From a virus, in the IMG/VR virus record IMGVR_UViG_3300016471_001035, positions 1 through 64,000 of that record: a stretch of DNA of 64,000 bases, one strand, 5' to 3'. A program made the translations under genes and the position numbers. The notes under the pieces were generated by a model, which did not search any database, was not told the DNA's origin, and saw only the letters and a list, made by a program, of their open reading frames with translations. This document shows, piece after piece, positions 46,391 through 55,778 of this stretch (positions are counted from its first letter, which is position 1; every line of letters begins with the position of its first letter).

Positions 46391-48019
46391 TTAGCAAATA
46401 CGCTCAATAAAAGATTTTGGAAGCTTATCTTTTGTTCTCTTTAAAACGCTAACTACATTGCCATCAAGAATGTAGGTTGTAGAAAAGTCATTCTTACTTC
46501 TAGTTGCTCTACCGCATGCTTGTACTAAAGCATTTAACATTTTATTTTCATACCAATTTTTATCATTCTCAAACATTTTTTTAACCCGCTTATTAGATAA
46601 AGATGGGTAAGGAAGCTTTACAATAACTTGAAATCTTGCTAGGTGATCTTTTAAATCAACACCGAATGCAAGAGAAGGTGATACTAAGACACTTGGTGCA
46701 TCGGTATCATAATGCTCTTTTAATATATCTTCATTATTGAATAATTCGTCTCTAAATAAAAACCTACTATCTGATAGTTTATTTTTTAAAAATTTTGTAA
46801 TTTCGTTTGAATGGGTATGAATAATTCCCTTTTCAGTTTTATGATGTTCAGCAATAGTTTTTATTTGTTCACAAATATAAGGCAGCACATTAGTTTGGTT
46901 TTTATAGTTTAACTTATTTTTTGATGAGACGTAGATGGGTGACTTTTGTGGGTCGAAATCGCTATCTACTTCAACATATTCATAATCTTTAATACCTAAA
47001 GTCTTTGCAAAGTTTTTATGATCAATAATCGTTGCAGACATCAATAATACGTTATCTGCGTAATCAAAAATAAATTTTGTTAATTTTTCAGCTTTAAGAG
47101 GTGTAAGGATTACTTTTTTAGAGTCTTTATCAGTTACATACTCCACATCTCTCCACAAACCATCAACAGACGTTAGTGAGTTGTGCATTGTCTTAAGATA
47201 CTGCATCTTTATCTTTTCAGGCTGTGATAACGTTCTATGTTTTTTATTTGCTCTGTTTATTAGAGTGTTTATTTGCTCGCTTATATTAAACAATAATTCA
47301 TACATCCATGCACGAATTTTCGTACGATCCTCCGTTAGTAATGTCTTACACTCTACCCCGTAATTACGGAGTTTATCGTATGTAATTTCTGCAGAAAATC
47401 TTTTAATCAGTTCATCTTCTAATTCTGACGCCTCGTCACAAATGATAAAATTCTTACGCTTGACATGGCTTGGTAACGACATAAACATCTTATAATTTAA
47501 AACTGCAAATTTTGAAAGCAGTGATTTGTTACGCGCATTATAGTATGGACATCTATTTTTCTCCCAACAATCATCTTTTATTTTTGAAACTAAAACACAA
47601 GGAGCCGTTTCAACATCAAAATTATTGTCTATGTCGCACAAATAATTTGTTTTGCCTTTAAGAATATCTGTGTCTGGAAAGAGATTTAAGTATTGATCTT
47701 GTAATGATTTTGTTATAGTTAGAGCAAAGGTACCAAACGGCGGCTGTGATAAACAATCAACTTCATTTATATAGTTGCCAGCGAAATCTTGCTTATAAGC
47801 AGCATACGTATCAATATTATGTTTAAATCGTTCAGTAGGCCCAGAGCTTAAACCAGATAGTGTTTTTGCAAGAAAACTTTTACCGGTACCGGTAGGCGCG
47901 CAGCAAATAACAAATTTCTTTCCATTATTAAATGCTCTCTCGACACCCTTTATAAGTTTAACTTGCTGATTACTAGGATTATATTCTTTTGGAAAATGCG
48001 ATAAATATCTACTAAACAC
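46391..48019 (-). CDS. DinG/XPD-like SF2 helicase
   Basis: APTGTGKS; KGKTNYLC..C..C..CPYY (Fe-S-like); ICDEA; MSATI; GVDL; K.PYP; QACGRATR. Confidence 0.85.
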   Translation of the reverse strand: MFSRYLSHFPKEYNPSNQQVKLIKGVERAFNNGKKFVICCAPTGTGKSFLAKTLSGLSSGPTERFKHNIDTYAAYKQDFAGNYINEVDCLSQPPFGTFALTITKSLQDQYLNLFPDTDILKGKTNYLCDIDNNFDVETAPCVLVSKIKDDCWEKNRCPYYNARNKSLLSKFAVLNYKMFMSLPSHVKRKNFIICDEASELEDELIKRFSAEITYDKLRNYGVECKTLLTEDRTKIRAWMYELLFNISEQINTLINRANKKHRTLSQPEKIKMQYLKTMHNSLTSVDGLWRDVEYVTDKDSKKVILTPLKAEKLTKFIFDYADNVLLMSATIIDHKNFAKTLGIKDYEYVEVDSDFDPQKSPIYVSSKNKLNYKNQTNVLPYICEQIKTIAEHHKTEKGIIHTHSNEITKFLKNKLSDSRFLFRDELFNNEDILKEHYDTDAPSVLVSPSLAFGVDLKDHLARFQVIVKLPYPSLSNKRVKKMFENDKNWYENKMLNALVQACGRATRSKNDFSTTYILDGNVVSVLKRTKDKLPKSFIERIC

Positions 48020-48048
48020 AGCTATATTATAATATCTTTTTTGTAAAT

Positions 48049-48396
48049 TTAAAGCGGTGTCAGTGTTATTTTTTTATTAAAAATTTTGGCCGGTTTTTTA
48101 AGCGCTAATTTGTTTATTGGTTTGCTCAATTCGTTGTTTAATTTACAAAATGTGTTTATTGTGTAGTCAAAAATCAGTTTGTCGTTGTTTATATGTAAGT
48201 CAAACGGGTAAGGTATTTCATAAACTATTTTTTTATTTTTCTTTTCTTCACAGAGAAGAGTAAAAACGCAAAAAAAGTCTTTTATACAAAACAAAATTAG
48301 CTTACCTTTCTTTAAAATTTTTGCTTCAATAGAAAAAGTAATCGTTTTTTGAAGATGAGCACTTATAGCCTTTTCTATCTCTAATGGTGATGTCAT
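48049..48396 (-). CDS. hypothetical protein
   Basis: ORF in operon. Confidence 0.55.
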   Translation of the reverse strand: MTSPLEIEKAISAHLQKTITFSIEAKILKKGKLILFCIKDFFCVFTLLCEEKKNKKIVYEIPYPFDLHINNDKLIFDYTINTFCKLNNELSKPINKLALKKPAKIFNKKITLTPL

Positions 48397-48767
48397 GAAT
48401 TCATAAACCTCGTTTTTTCATTAGCTGACATAAGAGCTAAACGTTGATTAAAAAAATTCCAAAACTGCTTTACAGGAATTACGCTTATTAAATCACACGC
48501 AGCCATATTAATACACCTGTAATCTTGCATTAATATATCCCAAGTAATTAAAACGTTTTTTGCCTCAGGATTAAATTTAGGTCTATTAATAGCTCTCTTG
48601 TAATTTAATGCTATTCTCCCTTCCGGGCTATTTAGCAGCGGTAAAGAGTTTGTACATAGCATTCGTCTGGTAGGAGGCAGCCCAGGCTTGGGTCTTTTCC
48701 TAATAAACTTAATTTCCGCCACGTTGTTTAGAAGAAGATTTTTTAATGTGGCTAGCGACGCTTTCAT
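48393..48767 (-). CDS. SH3/WYL_2-like (DUF2693-type) protein
   Basis: L...VAEIKF.....R.M.CT...V..WDI....YR.I. Confidence 0.6.
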   Translation of the reverse strand: MKASLATLKNLLLNNVAEIKFIRKRPKPGLPPTRRMLCTNSLPLLNSPEGRIALNYKRAINRPKFNPEAKNVLITWDILMQDYRCINMAACDLISVIPVKQFWNFFNQRLALMSANEKTRFMNS

Positions 48768-49170
48768 TATCTTTTCTTAATGAGCAAATACCAAAAATAC
48801 GCTGCTCATTTAAAAATAATCCCTTTTTAAGTGTTCCATAACCATCTATATCTAAATTTGCTACCGGCACGCCTAAATTATTTGGAAAGCAAACATAATC
48901 GCCTTTTTTAACATGCTTAGCTGTTGGTCCGCATAAAATTACCTCTCCTATTCTCCAAGCACGTGTATCTGCATTAATAGGTACTACTATACCATTTCTT
49001 ACTATAGAAGAGCCATCCTCCGTTTCATCAACATACTTTACTAACAAAACATCATCTAATACTGTTTTTAAATTATAACCAAAAAAAACAGAATTAAATG
49101 AGTTTTTTGGTAGTTCTGATAAATCAATTAAGCTTTTTTGTGTCGGCAGAGTATCTATATCTAGAGGCAT
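48709..49170 (-). CDS. GroES-like co-chaperonin (gp31-like)
   Basis: DDVLLVK...GIVVP...GEVILCGP....VKKGDYV.F...LNEQRIFG. Confidence 0.75.
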   Translation of the reverse strand: MPLDIDTLPTQKSLIDLSELPKNSFNSVFFGYNLKTVLDDVLLVKYVDETEDGSSIVRNGIVVPINADTRAWRIGEVILCGPTAKHVKKGDYVCFPNNLGVPVANLDIDGYGTLKKGLFLNEQRIFGICSLRKDNESVASHIKKSSSKQRGGN

Positions 49171-49182
49171 GTAGTAATTTAA

Positions 49183-49551
49183 TTACCTGTTTAACGTTTT
49201 CAATGTCTCTATATTCTCTAATATTTCACGCTTAGATATTTCTTTAGATTTTGCTAGAAGATCAATGTTTGATTCATTCTCCTTTTCATCTACTTTTTTG
49301 CGTTTGAAATATGTTATTTTTTTATTTGGCACTTTCGGAAAAACAGCTACAAATAAATTATAAAGATCTTTTTTTGATTCAAAAACCGATAGGTATTTGT
49401 TTATTGTGTTACATGCTTGAATTAAAGAGGGTGAGTACATACTTGCCCATCTATTAACTAGATAAGGAGAGAACTCAGATTCCTCCTCTACAGTATTAAG
49501 AGTCTTTTTTTTTGTGTATAAAATACTGCCTATAAAATCAAATATTGTCAT
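49183..49551 (-). CDS. g62: clamp loader small subunit gp62
   Basis: IFDFI.SI...KK...FSPYLVNRW.S...N. Confidence 0.75.
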   Translation of the reverse strand: MTIFDFIGSILYTKKKTLNTVEEESEFSPYLVNRWASMYSPSLIQACNTINKYLSVFESKKDLYNLFVAVFPKVPNKKITYFKRKKVDEKENESNIDLLAKSKEISKREILENIETLKTLNR

Positions 49552-50138
49552 TTACAAATTACTTTTGATGTAGCAATAAAAATATTATCATTCATTGCAT
49601 AGAATAAATTAATTACATCCTTCATAAATTCTTCTGCATCCTTATCAGAGAGATTTGTAGAATATGCAAAAGCAGGAGCTTTTTTACCTGCGATGATATT
49701 AATACCGGTATGGCCTAAAGCAATACCGTTATTCGTATATGTAATGCTAACAGAACATTTACCTTTTGTTTGAGTAATACCCCCCTGATTATGTTCCTTA
49801 TGAACAATGAGATCATCGCCATCAACCTCAATAGGAGACTTTAAATATTTTGAACTTAAAATATTGGCAATTTGTGTATTAAAAAGCCTTTGCCAGGCTA
49901 CTGCTCCAAATGGATCAAGATAAGGTATTTCCCAGCAAAAATTAATTGCATCCTCGCTATATATAAAGTCGTTGTTTATAATATCTTCACTGTCTATCAT
50001 GCCTGCTGCCTCCACTTTCATAGGGGCGCGAAAAGCAACAATATTGCCAATAGGAAGTGTTCTTTCTTTAAAAAATTTGTATGCAAAGCGTGAATGAATT
50101 AGATCGCCGTCATAAACTTTAATATCTTTTAAAATCAT
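49548..50138 (-). CDS. DUF366 family protein (BPL/LplA ligase-like fold)
   Basis: YDG..I...FAY...G..IVAFR.P..V...M.D.ED...I.S.D..NF..E; QRLF; DGDDL; K.SVSI; H.GINI. Confidence 0.7.
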   Translation of the reverse strand: MILKDIKVYDGDLIHSRFAYKFFKERTLPIGNIVAFRAPMKVEAAGMIDSEDIINNDFIYSEDAINFCWEIPYLDPFGAVAWQRLFNTQIANILSSKYLKSPIEVDGDDLIVHKEHNQGGITQTKGKCSVSITYTNNGIALGHTGINIIAGKKAPAFAYSTNLSDKDAEEFMKDVINLFYAMNDNIFIATSKVICK

Positions 50139-50156
50139 TAAGTAATTATATATTAA

Positions 50157-51041
50157 CTAAATATTAGTTCCAGAGATTATTCTAAGCAAATATTTACATC
50201 TCTCATCATACGTATGCTTACTCAAAGCTGTTTTATGCCCGTGCTCCTCAATTTCTTTTCGTTTGACGGGGTTGTCTAAATAATATTTTATTTTTTCTTT
50301 TAATTCCGGAATGCTATCCCACGTAACCAAGTCTTTATCTATCTCAAATAATTTTTCTAAGCCTGGTGTGTTGCTGGTAATTAAAAATGTCTTACATCCT
50401 AATGTTTCGAAATTTCTATAGTTAATATCTTTGTTTACATCGCTCCAACTTCTATTAAAATGAATTTTATATGAATTTATAGCCTTGACCATATCATTAC
50501 CCAAAACAAAACTATCTATTTTTGGATTAAATTCTTTAAGGTGATTTGTTAATATGTCTACTCTTTCTGGATGCATATTACCGCAAAACCCTAAATCGTA
50601 TTTTTTCTCAACATTATCTATCGGCTGAATAAGGTCTTTTGGATATGCGTTTGGAAACCAATATAAATATTTCGAAAATTCATTAAAATAAGGAAGATAA
50701 AATTCTGTAGAATTTAAATGAATATGAGGCTTAATAGATTTGTTTAGTCCAATATGGTGTGGTAAAGTGCAGTGACTGTCTATACTCCAATATATTTTAA
50801 TTTTTTTACTGTTTAATATTTTTTCTACTGGCAACCAATTAAATGAATAGTTTTCTAGAACAAAAATGACATCGGCCCATTTTTCTAATTCATCGAACTC
50901 ATCAAATAAAGGATAATTTAATCCCCACACTTCTGCAGAATGACCGTCAATTCTGTTCATTGCATTTTTTAGACAAAGATTTTCTCTAAATAACCTATTT
51001 TCGCCATGCGCACCAGCTTCTTGAATAAACAAAAAATTCAT
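50157..51041 (-). CDS. glycosyltransferase, CgeB/GT-B type
   Basis: YDLGFCG; YKIHFNRS...INYRNFETLGC..FL; EL.EKI.YYL....R..I...G....HTY..R. Confidence 0.8.
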   Translation of the reverse strand: MNFLFIQEAGAHGENRLFRENLCLKNAMNRIDGHSAEVWGLNYPLFDEFDELEKWADVIFVLENYSFNWLPVEKILNSKKIKIYWSIDSHCTLPHHIGLNKSIKPHIHLNSTEFYLPYFNEFSKYLYWFPNAYPKDLIQPIDNVEKKYDLGFCGNMHPERVDILTNHLKEFNPKIDSFVLGNDMVKAINSYKIHFNRSWSDVNKDINYRNFETLGCKTFLITSNTPGLEKLFEIDKDLVTWDSIPELKEKIKYYLDNPVKRKEIEEHGHKTALSKHTYDERCKYLLRIISGTNI

Positions 51042-51077
51042 TTAGAAACTATTTATTGTGTTTAAATTATTTTCAAC

Positions 51078-51878
51078 TTATGCTAACCAATAGCTTTTAG
51101 TATCATCATAGTCATTGAAATTTCTAAGATATTGGTATACACCGTTATTATTTCCACGGTAGTAGACCGCCCAAATACCACAATTACCTGAATGTGTTAA
51201 AATAGAATTTGTTTTGCTAATAATATTACTTACAGCTAAAATATTAATACCCAATTCTTCGCGTTGACTTGGATCAATACAGTGATGAATAACTTTACTT
51301 CTATCATCATTTACTGTAGGTAATTCCTCAAAATAAAAGGAATTTTTAAATGTTGAAGAAAAAATGTCTCGAAATTCACGAGTATCAGTTTGTATAAAGA
51401 ACTTTTTATCCTTTATGGTATCTGCTTTTCTTAAAAAATCTTCATAGCTTCCTATACGCGTTTCTCTTATTTTATCTAACCCACGGTAGTAGATTGATAC
51501 AGTATTTTCAAAGTCTATCTTGTATGTATCATTAAAAAAAGCTATCTTTTCCATAACTCTATCACTAGGAGAAAAATATTTTTTTATAAAAGGTGCTACG
51601 CCCTCAAAATCTAAAGTTTTATAGTCATGTACTTGATACTCATGACAAGCTCGTACGTCACGCACATAAGGTATGTCACCATCAAGAGTTTTAAAAAAAA
51701 TAGAGGTAACATCTGTATGTGTAGTCTTATACCCCCAAAACTGTGATGTAGCGTCTATACTTTTAGGTAAGCGCTTGTACGTATTAAAGAAGCTAACAAT
51801 GTTATCTAGCTTTACGGAGCAGCAAGAAAAAAAGCCCGCATCATGCTCTATTATTAAGTTATCTTCTACAACTTGCAT
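51078..51878 (-). CDS. fucosyltransferase-like (NodZ/GT23-like) glycosyltransferase
   Basis: AGFFS; SIYYRGLDK..E; FFIQTD; ..SGN. Confidence 0.6.
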   Translation of the reverse strand: MQVVEDNLIIEHDAGFFSCCSVKLDNIVSFFNTYKRLPKSIDATSQFWGYKTTHTDVTSIFFKTLDGDIPYVRDVRACHEYQVHDYKTLDFEGVAPFIKKYFSPSDRVMEKIAFFNDTYKIDFENTVSIYYRGLDKIRETRIGSYEDFLRKADTIKDKKFFIQTDTREFRDIFSSTFKNSFYFEELPTVNDDRSKVIHHCIDPSQREELGINILAVSNIISKTNSILTHSGNCGIWAVYYRGNNNGVYQYLRNFNDYDDTKSYWLA

Positions 51879-51879
51879 T

Positions 51880-52560
51880 TTAATATTTATTTTTCTTGAG
51901 ATGATCGTTTAAAATTTTTAAATGATCAGCATGAATAGGCTTATCATTCTCATCATACTGACACCCTACAAATTTTAATCCGTCTCTCTTGACAGGAAAA
52001 GGTTTCATCTCAAAAAATTCATCATGAACGAACATATCATTTAAAAATAGAGGATAGATTTGTTGTGTTATTATAACTTGATCTGTTCCCCATTTATCGT
52101 ATTTTGGATATTTAAAAATAATATCTTGTATATTTCTTAACTTAGATGCCTTTATACCCCACATTCCGCCTAGCATCATTGCATAAGGGCTAGGACCATG
52201 CCAAGGATGATCTCTCATTATATGAAGACTCTTGCCACTTTTTACCCATTCGTTCACCGCAGCAGCTTCGCGTACATCTACTCGCGAATCAGTATCTCTA
52301 AATATGGCGTATTCAACCTCACTATCTGCGCAAGGAAAATAACGATAATTCATAAAAAAAGCGGAATCATTATCATCAACGTACATTACTTTTGCTCCTA
52401 AGTTTTTTAATTCACGAGCTATATCTTTTTCTATAGAAGGTGAAAGATAAAACCAAGGCTTCCAATCAGGATAAACAGTTTTACAAAGCTCTGCATTTTT
52501 AAGTGCACCGACCTTATAAAAGTTTTTAGTACCGTATAGGCAAAAGCTTATTACTTTCAT
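51880..52560 (-). CDS. putative glycosyltransferase (GT-A-like)
   Basis: KVISFCLYG; FRDTDSR...RE..AV.EW; HIMRDHPWH; GGMWG; DQ. Confidence 0.65.
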   Translation of the reverse strand: MKVISFCLYGTKNFYKVGALKNAELCKTVYPDWKPWFYLSPSIEKDIARELKNLGAKVMYVDDNDSAFFMNYRYFPCADSEVEYAIFRDTDSRVDVREAAAVNEWVKSGKSLHIMRDHPWHGPSPYAMMLGGMWGIKASKLRNIQDIIFKYPKYDKWGTDQVIITQQIYPLFLNDMFVHDEFFEMKPFPVKRDGLKFVGCQYDENDKPIHADHLKILNDHLKKNKY

Positions 52561-53294
52561 GAAGTTATTTTAGTTCTATCACATTTTATTCCTAAGATAT
52601 TTTCCCACATGTCTGCTTCTTTTAAGCGCTCGTCTTTAAGCTTAGGCCACAGCAAATCAGAATTTTCTTTATCTTTACCTTCGTGTTCGCGTAGTTGGCT
52701 GGCTACTCTATCGAATTTACTAGCACCAAATACCCAGTGATTATGTGTTATAGTAATATCTTCTCTATAAACTTTTCTATTAAATGCAGAGTACATATTA
52801 TCAAGCCATTGATCAATCCAATTTCTAGAAAATTCTTCTCTCATAAAATATCCAGTCTTTTCCATGTAAAACCTATGAATAAATAACCAAGACGCGAATT
52901 TATCTTGCCTATGCCCATCAAAGCCACAGACAAGCTTAAATTTATCCGAACAGTTTTTAAACTCTTCAATAATCTTTTCATCCCAATTATCTGTAGTAAA
53001 TACCATATCGTCGCCTAGCATTGAAATAATCTCTTCACTACTATTTCTAGCTAAAGTATTCCAAAAATATCCTAAGCTAAATTTACCAGTCGGATTAGGA
53101 GGTATGATTGTAATTTTTAAATTATTAAAACCTTTAGCAATAGTTTCACATCTTGCGAGAGTAGGATCATCAGGATCTAAACCTAAATACAGGGTATAGT
53201 TTTTAGGATCCTTACATCTCGCAAGTGCTGACATTATAAAACTAATTTTATTATTTAACCGTTCACGGGTAGGTAAAAGTAGGGCTATTTTCAT
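52557..53294 (-). CDS. GT2-family glycosyltransferase
   Basis: IALLLPTR.R; D.DD; WN.LA; LGDDM; W.D.W. Confidence 0.75.
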   Translation of the reverse strand: MKIALLLPTRERLNNKISFIMSALARCKDPKNYTLYLGLDPDDPTLARCETIAKGFNNLKITIIPPNPTGKFSLGYFWNTLARNSSEEIISMLGDDMVFTTDNWDEKIIEEFKNCSDKFKLVCGFDGHRQDKFASWLFIHRFYMEKTGYFMREEFSRNWIDQWLDNMYSAFNRKVYREDITITHNHWVFGASKFDRVASQLREHEGKDKENSDLLWPKLKDERLKEADMWENILGIKCDRTKITS

Positions 53295-54088
53295 GGTTTA
53301 ATTTCTTTTAAAAAGCTTATTATATCTTCTTGCTTCGTATCAGGCACGGCACCTTGCCATGCTGGTGAATAAACATGCTTCTTTTTAAATAATTCAGCGC
53401 CTTTAATAATATTATCTCGCCAGTCCTCTCTAGGTCTAATAGAACTACTGTTTTCTGAGCATTCTATTTCTTCTAAAAGCTCGTAGCTGTTAGCTAAATC
53501 CGGCCAATTCCAGTAAGGAGTACAAAGTTTGGCTTTTGAAATTCTATAGCTGTGTTCAACATGCTCAAATGCATTAAGAAAATCTTCATCTATTAAGCCT
53601 ACTTTTTGTAGTGCGTTTTTTGAATAGTAACAAAAAGCCCCAACACTATTGGCATTAAAAGCAATTTTTAGTTTTTTGTAATCAATAATAAACCTAGGTG
53701 TTGGCTCGCCTTTGGAAATGCCTCCTCTATTTGCAGGCCCGTGATAACCAAAACAAAAATGCTCTAAACCGGTTAACTTGCTTGCTTCAATATATTTTTT
53801 AAAAACATTCTTATCTTTTACTATAATATCATCCTCTATAATAAAAATATGATCACAATTATTATCTAGCAAATACCTAAACAAAATGTTTTTTGATTTG
53901 CCGACACCTAAATTCATTTTATTGTGAAAATATTGAAACTCTCTTTTTGACTTAAGCTTATCTATATCTTCAAAATCCGAACCATCATTAACAACAACCA
54001 ATAGATAATCTTCAGGTATTGAGTCAAAACACTTTAAAAAGAATTTAGGTCTATTACATGTAACTATACCTATGCCTATTTTATCCAT
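53291..54088 (-). CDS. GT2-family glycosyltransferase
   Basis: IGIVTCNR; VVNDGS; N.GVGKSKN; IEDD; VG..DE.F..A.EH.E.SYR. Confidence 0.85.
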   Translation of the reverse strand: MDKIGIGIVTCNRPKFFLKCFDSIPEDYLLVVVNDGSDFEDIDKLKSKREFQYFHNKMNLGVGKSKNILFRYLLDNNCDHIFIIEDDIIVKDKNVFKKYIEASKLTGLEHFCFGYHGPANRGGISKGEPTPRFIIDYKKLKIAFNANSVGAFCYYSKNALQKVGLIDEDFLNAFEHVEHSYRISKAKLCTPYWNWPDLANSYELLEEIECSENSSSIRPREDWRDNIIKGAELFKKKHVYSPAWQGAVPDTKQEDIISFLKEIKP

Positions 54089-54120
54089 ATAATTTTAATA
54101 TTTTAATATAAATAATAACG

Positions 54121-54822
54121 ATGGCAATTAATACATCCAATAGCAACTACGTAAATATTAGCAATTTACCTCAAATTCAGCAAGTTTTTGAGGAAGATTT
54201 ACTTTTAGTACAAACAGAAAACGGTACAACCACTATTACTTTTGATAATTTTAATGTTGTTAAAACTGATGCTGCGGGTAATGCAACTGTTGTAGGTAAT
54301 ATTTCAGGAGCAGGTACATCACAATTTACTACACTATCTGCATCAGATGATGTAAGAGCTGTAAATTATTTTGCAAACGGTGTAAAGGGTTATTATGGTG
54401 CAAATAATTTTTATAATAAGTTTACTCTTAATGGCGGATTAGTTACTACAGCGTCTTATGTTTTAGGTTCGCCTGAATATGTTAATATTACACAAACGCT
54501 TCTACCGAACTTAACATCATGGCAAAATACACAATACAAGAGAATTTTTGATATTGATGGTACTAGTACTATTGATTTAGGAACTCCTTATAAGGTTGTT
54601 ATTTTTAGTAATTTTTATCAAACAAATACGCAATTTAACTCATCATCATTAAGACCTATACATTTCCTTTGCACCGCTACATCACGCGTTTCTTCCGCTC
54701 CATTTGTTTCAGATATTAATGTAGATAGAACTTCAAGCAATGATCTTTCATTTAGAGTAAATTTAGGATATAATGTGCCGGTAGCTACTATTATTAACTG
54801 GCGAATACTTTATACGTATTAA
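54121..54822 (+). CDS. putative tail/baseplate structural protein
   Basis: TATAAATA upstream; VNISNLP...DLLLV...GT..ITF resembles the MADVTI module; T/S/N-rich. Confidence 0.5.
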   Translation: MAINTSNSNYVNISNLPQIQQVFEEDLLLVQTENGTTTITFDNFNVVKTDAAGNATVVGNISGAGTSQFTTLSASDDVRAVNYFANGVKGYYGANNFYNKFTLNGGLVTTASYVLGSPEYVNITQTLLPNLTSWQNTQYKRIFDIDGTSTIDLGTPYKVVIFSNFYQTNTQFNSSSLRPIHFLCTATSRVSSAPFVSDINVDRTSSNDLSFRVNLGYNVPVATIINWRILYTY

Positions 54823-55028
54823 CGTACGTGAAACATTAAAGCTTTATTAATTCTTGCTAAAGCTAATTTAGGGTGTAACCCTTCACCAACTAATCTCTTA
54901 TATTCTGATTTAAATGATTTTACAAACTCTTCAGATAGTTTAAAATTTTTAGGATAAAATTCCTTTTTAACAGTTCTTAAATAACCAAAGCTTTCTAAAA
55001 CTTTGTCGTATTCGTTATTAAATCTCAT
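54819..55028 (-). CDS. small hypothetical protein, putative head-internal
   Basis: MRFNNEYDKVLES N-terminus. Confidence 0.5.
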   Translation of the reverse strand: MRFNNEYDKVLESFGYLRTVKKEFYPKNFKLSEEFVKSFKSEYKRLVGEGLHPKLALARINKALMFHVR

Positions 55029-55039
55029 TACATTATTAT

Positions 55040-55777
55040 TTATTTGCCTGTAATGATTTTTTTACGTATACGATCCTCCTGTTTTTCTTCAAACAATGCA
55101 CTTTTCTGTGCTTTTAAAAGTCTTTCCATATCATCTAGATTTTCTTGATCTAAAACACTAGTCTCATCTTCGATTAATTCACCTTTATCATTTAAGTAAA
55201 ATTTTATCATTTCAATTCTTTGCTCGGGATTACCAAAAATTTCTATAATAGGAGGTCTATCATCTTTAGCTAGAAAAGGGCATATACCATTTCTCATAAG
55301 ATTTTTTTCTATTACTTTAAAAATGTTATCTATTTCTTGAATAAACAATATGTCTATTTCACGGCTTTTCTTTTCTTCTATTTTAACAGGTGCAACTTTT
55401 GTAATAGGTAAGAAAAAAACAATATCAATCGATTTCATACTTTCCTGAACTAAAGGAATGCATTTTTCTATAAATTTTTTATCAATATCTGAAGAACCTT
55501 TTTCTTCAGCCCAAAGAGAATATACCAGGTTATCTAGGGGACATCTATCAAAAATAATTTTATCTCCTTTTTGTGTGCTTTGAATATCATCAATAAGGCA
55601 GTTTAAAATCTTCCATTGACTTTCTTGATCAACCTCCTTATTAATTTTTATATTTTCTTCTTTAATAAGCTTTCTATATGATTCATTTGATCTGCTATAT
55701 GTAGGCCAGTATTTTAAAAAATCTTTTACTAGAGTGGTTTTACCTTGACAAGCACTACCAGAAATAGCTATTCTCAT
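55040..55777 (-). CDS. P-loop nucleotide kinase-like protein (AAA_28); start probably 55777
   Basis: MRIAISGSACQGKTTL; FDRCPLDNLVY; directly downstream of queE. Confidence 0.8.
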   Translation of the reverse strand: MRIAISGSACQGKTTLVKDFLKYWPTYSRSNESYRKLIKEENIKINKEVDQESQWKILNCLIDDIQSTQKGDKIIFDRCPLDNLVYSLWAEEKGSSDIDKKFIEKCIPLVQESMKSIDIVFFLPITKVAPVKIEEKKSREIDILFIQEIDNIFKVIEKNLMRNGICPFLAKDDRPPIIEIFGNPEQRIEMIKFYLNDKGELIEDETSVLDQENLDDMERLLKAQKSALFEEKQEDRIRKKIITGK

Positions 55778-55778
55778 A

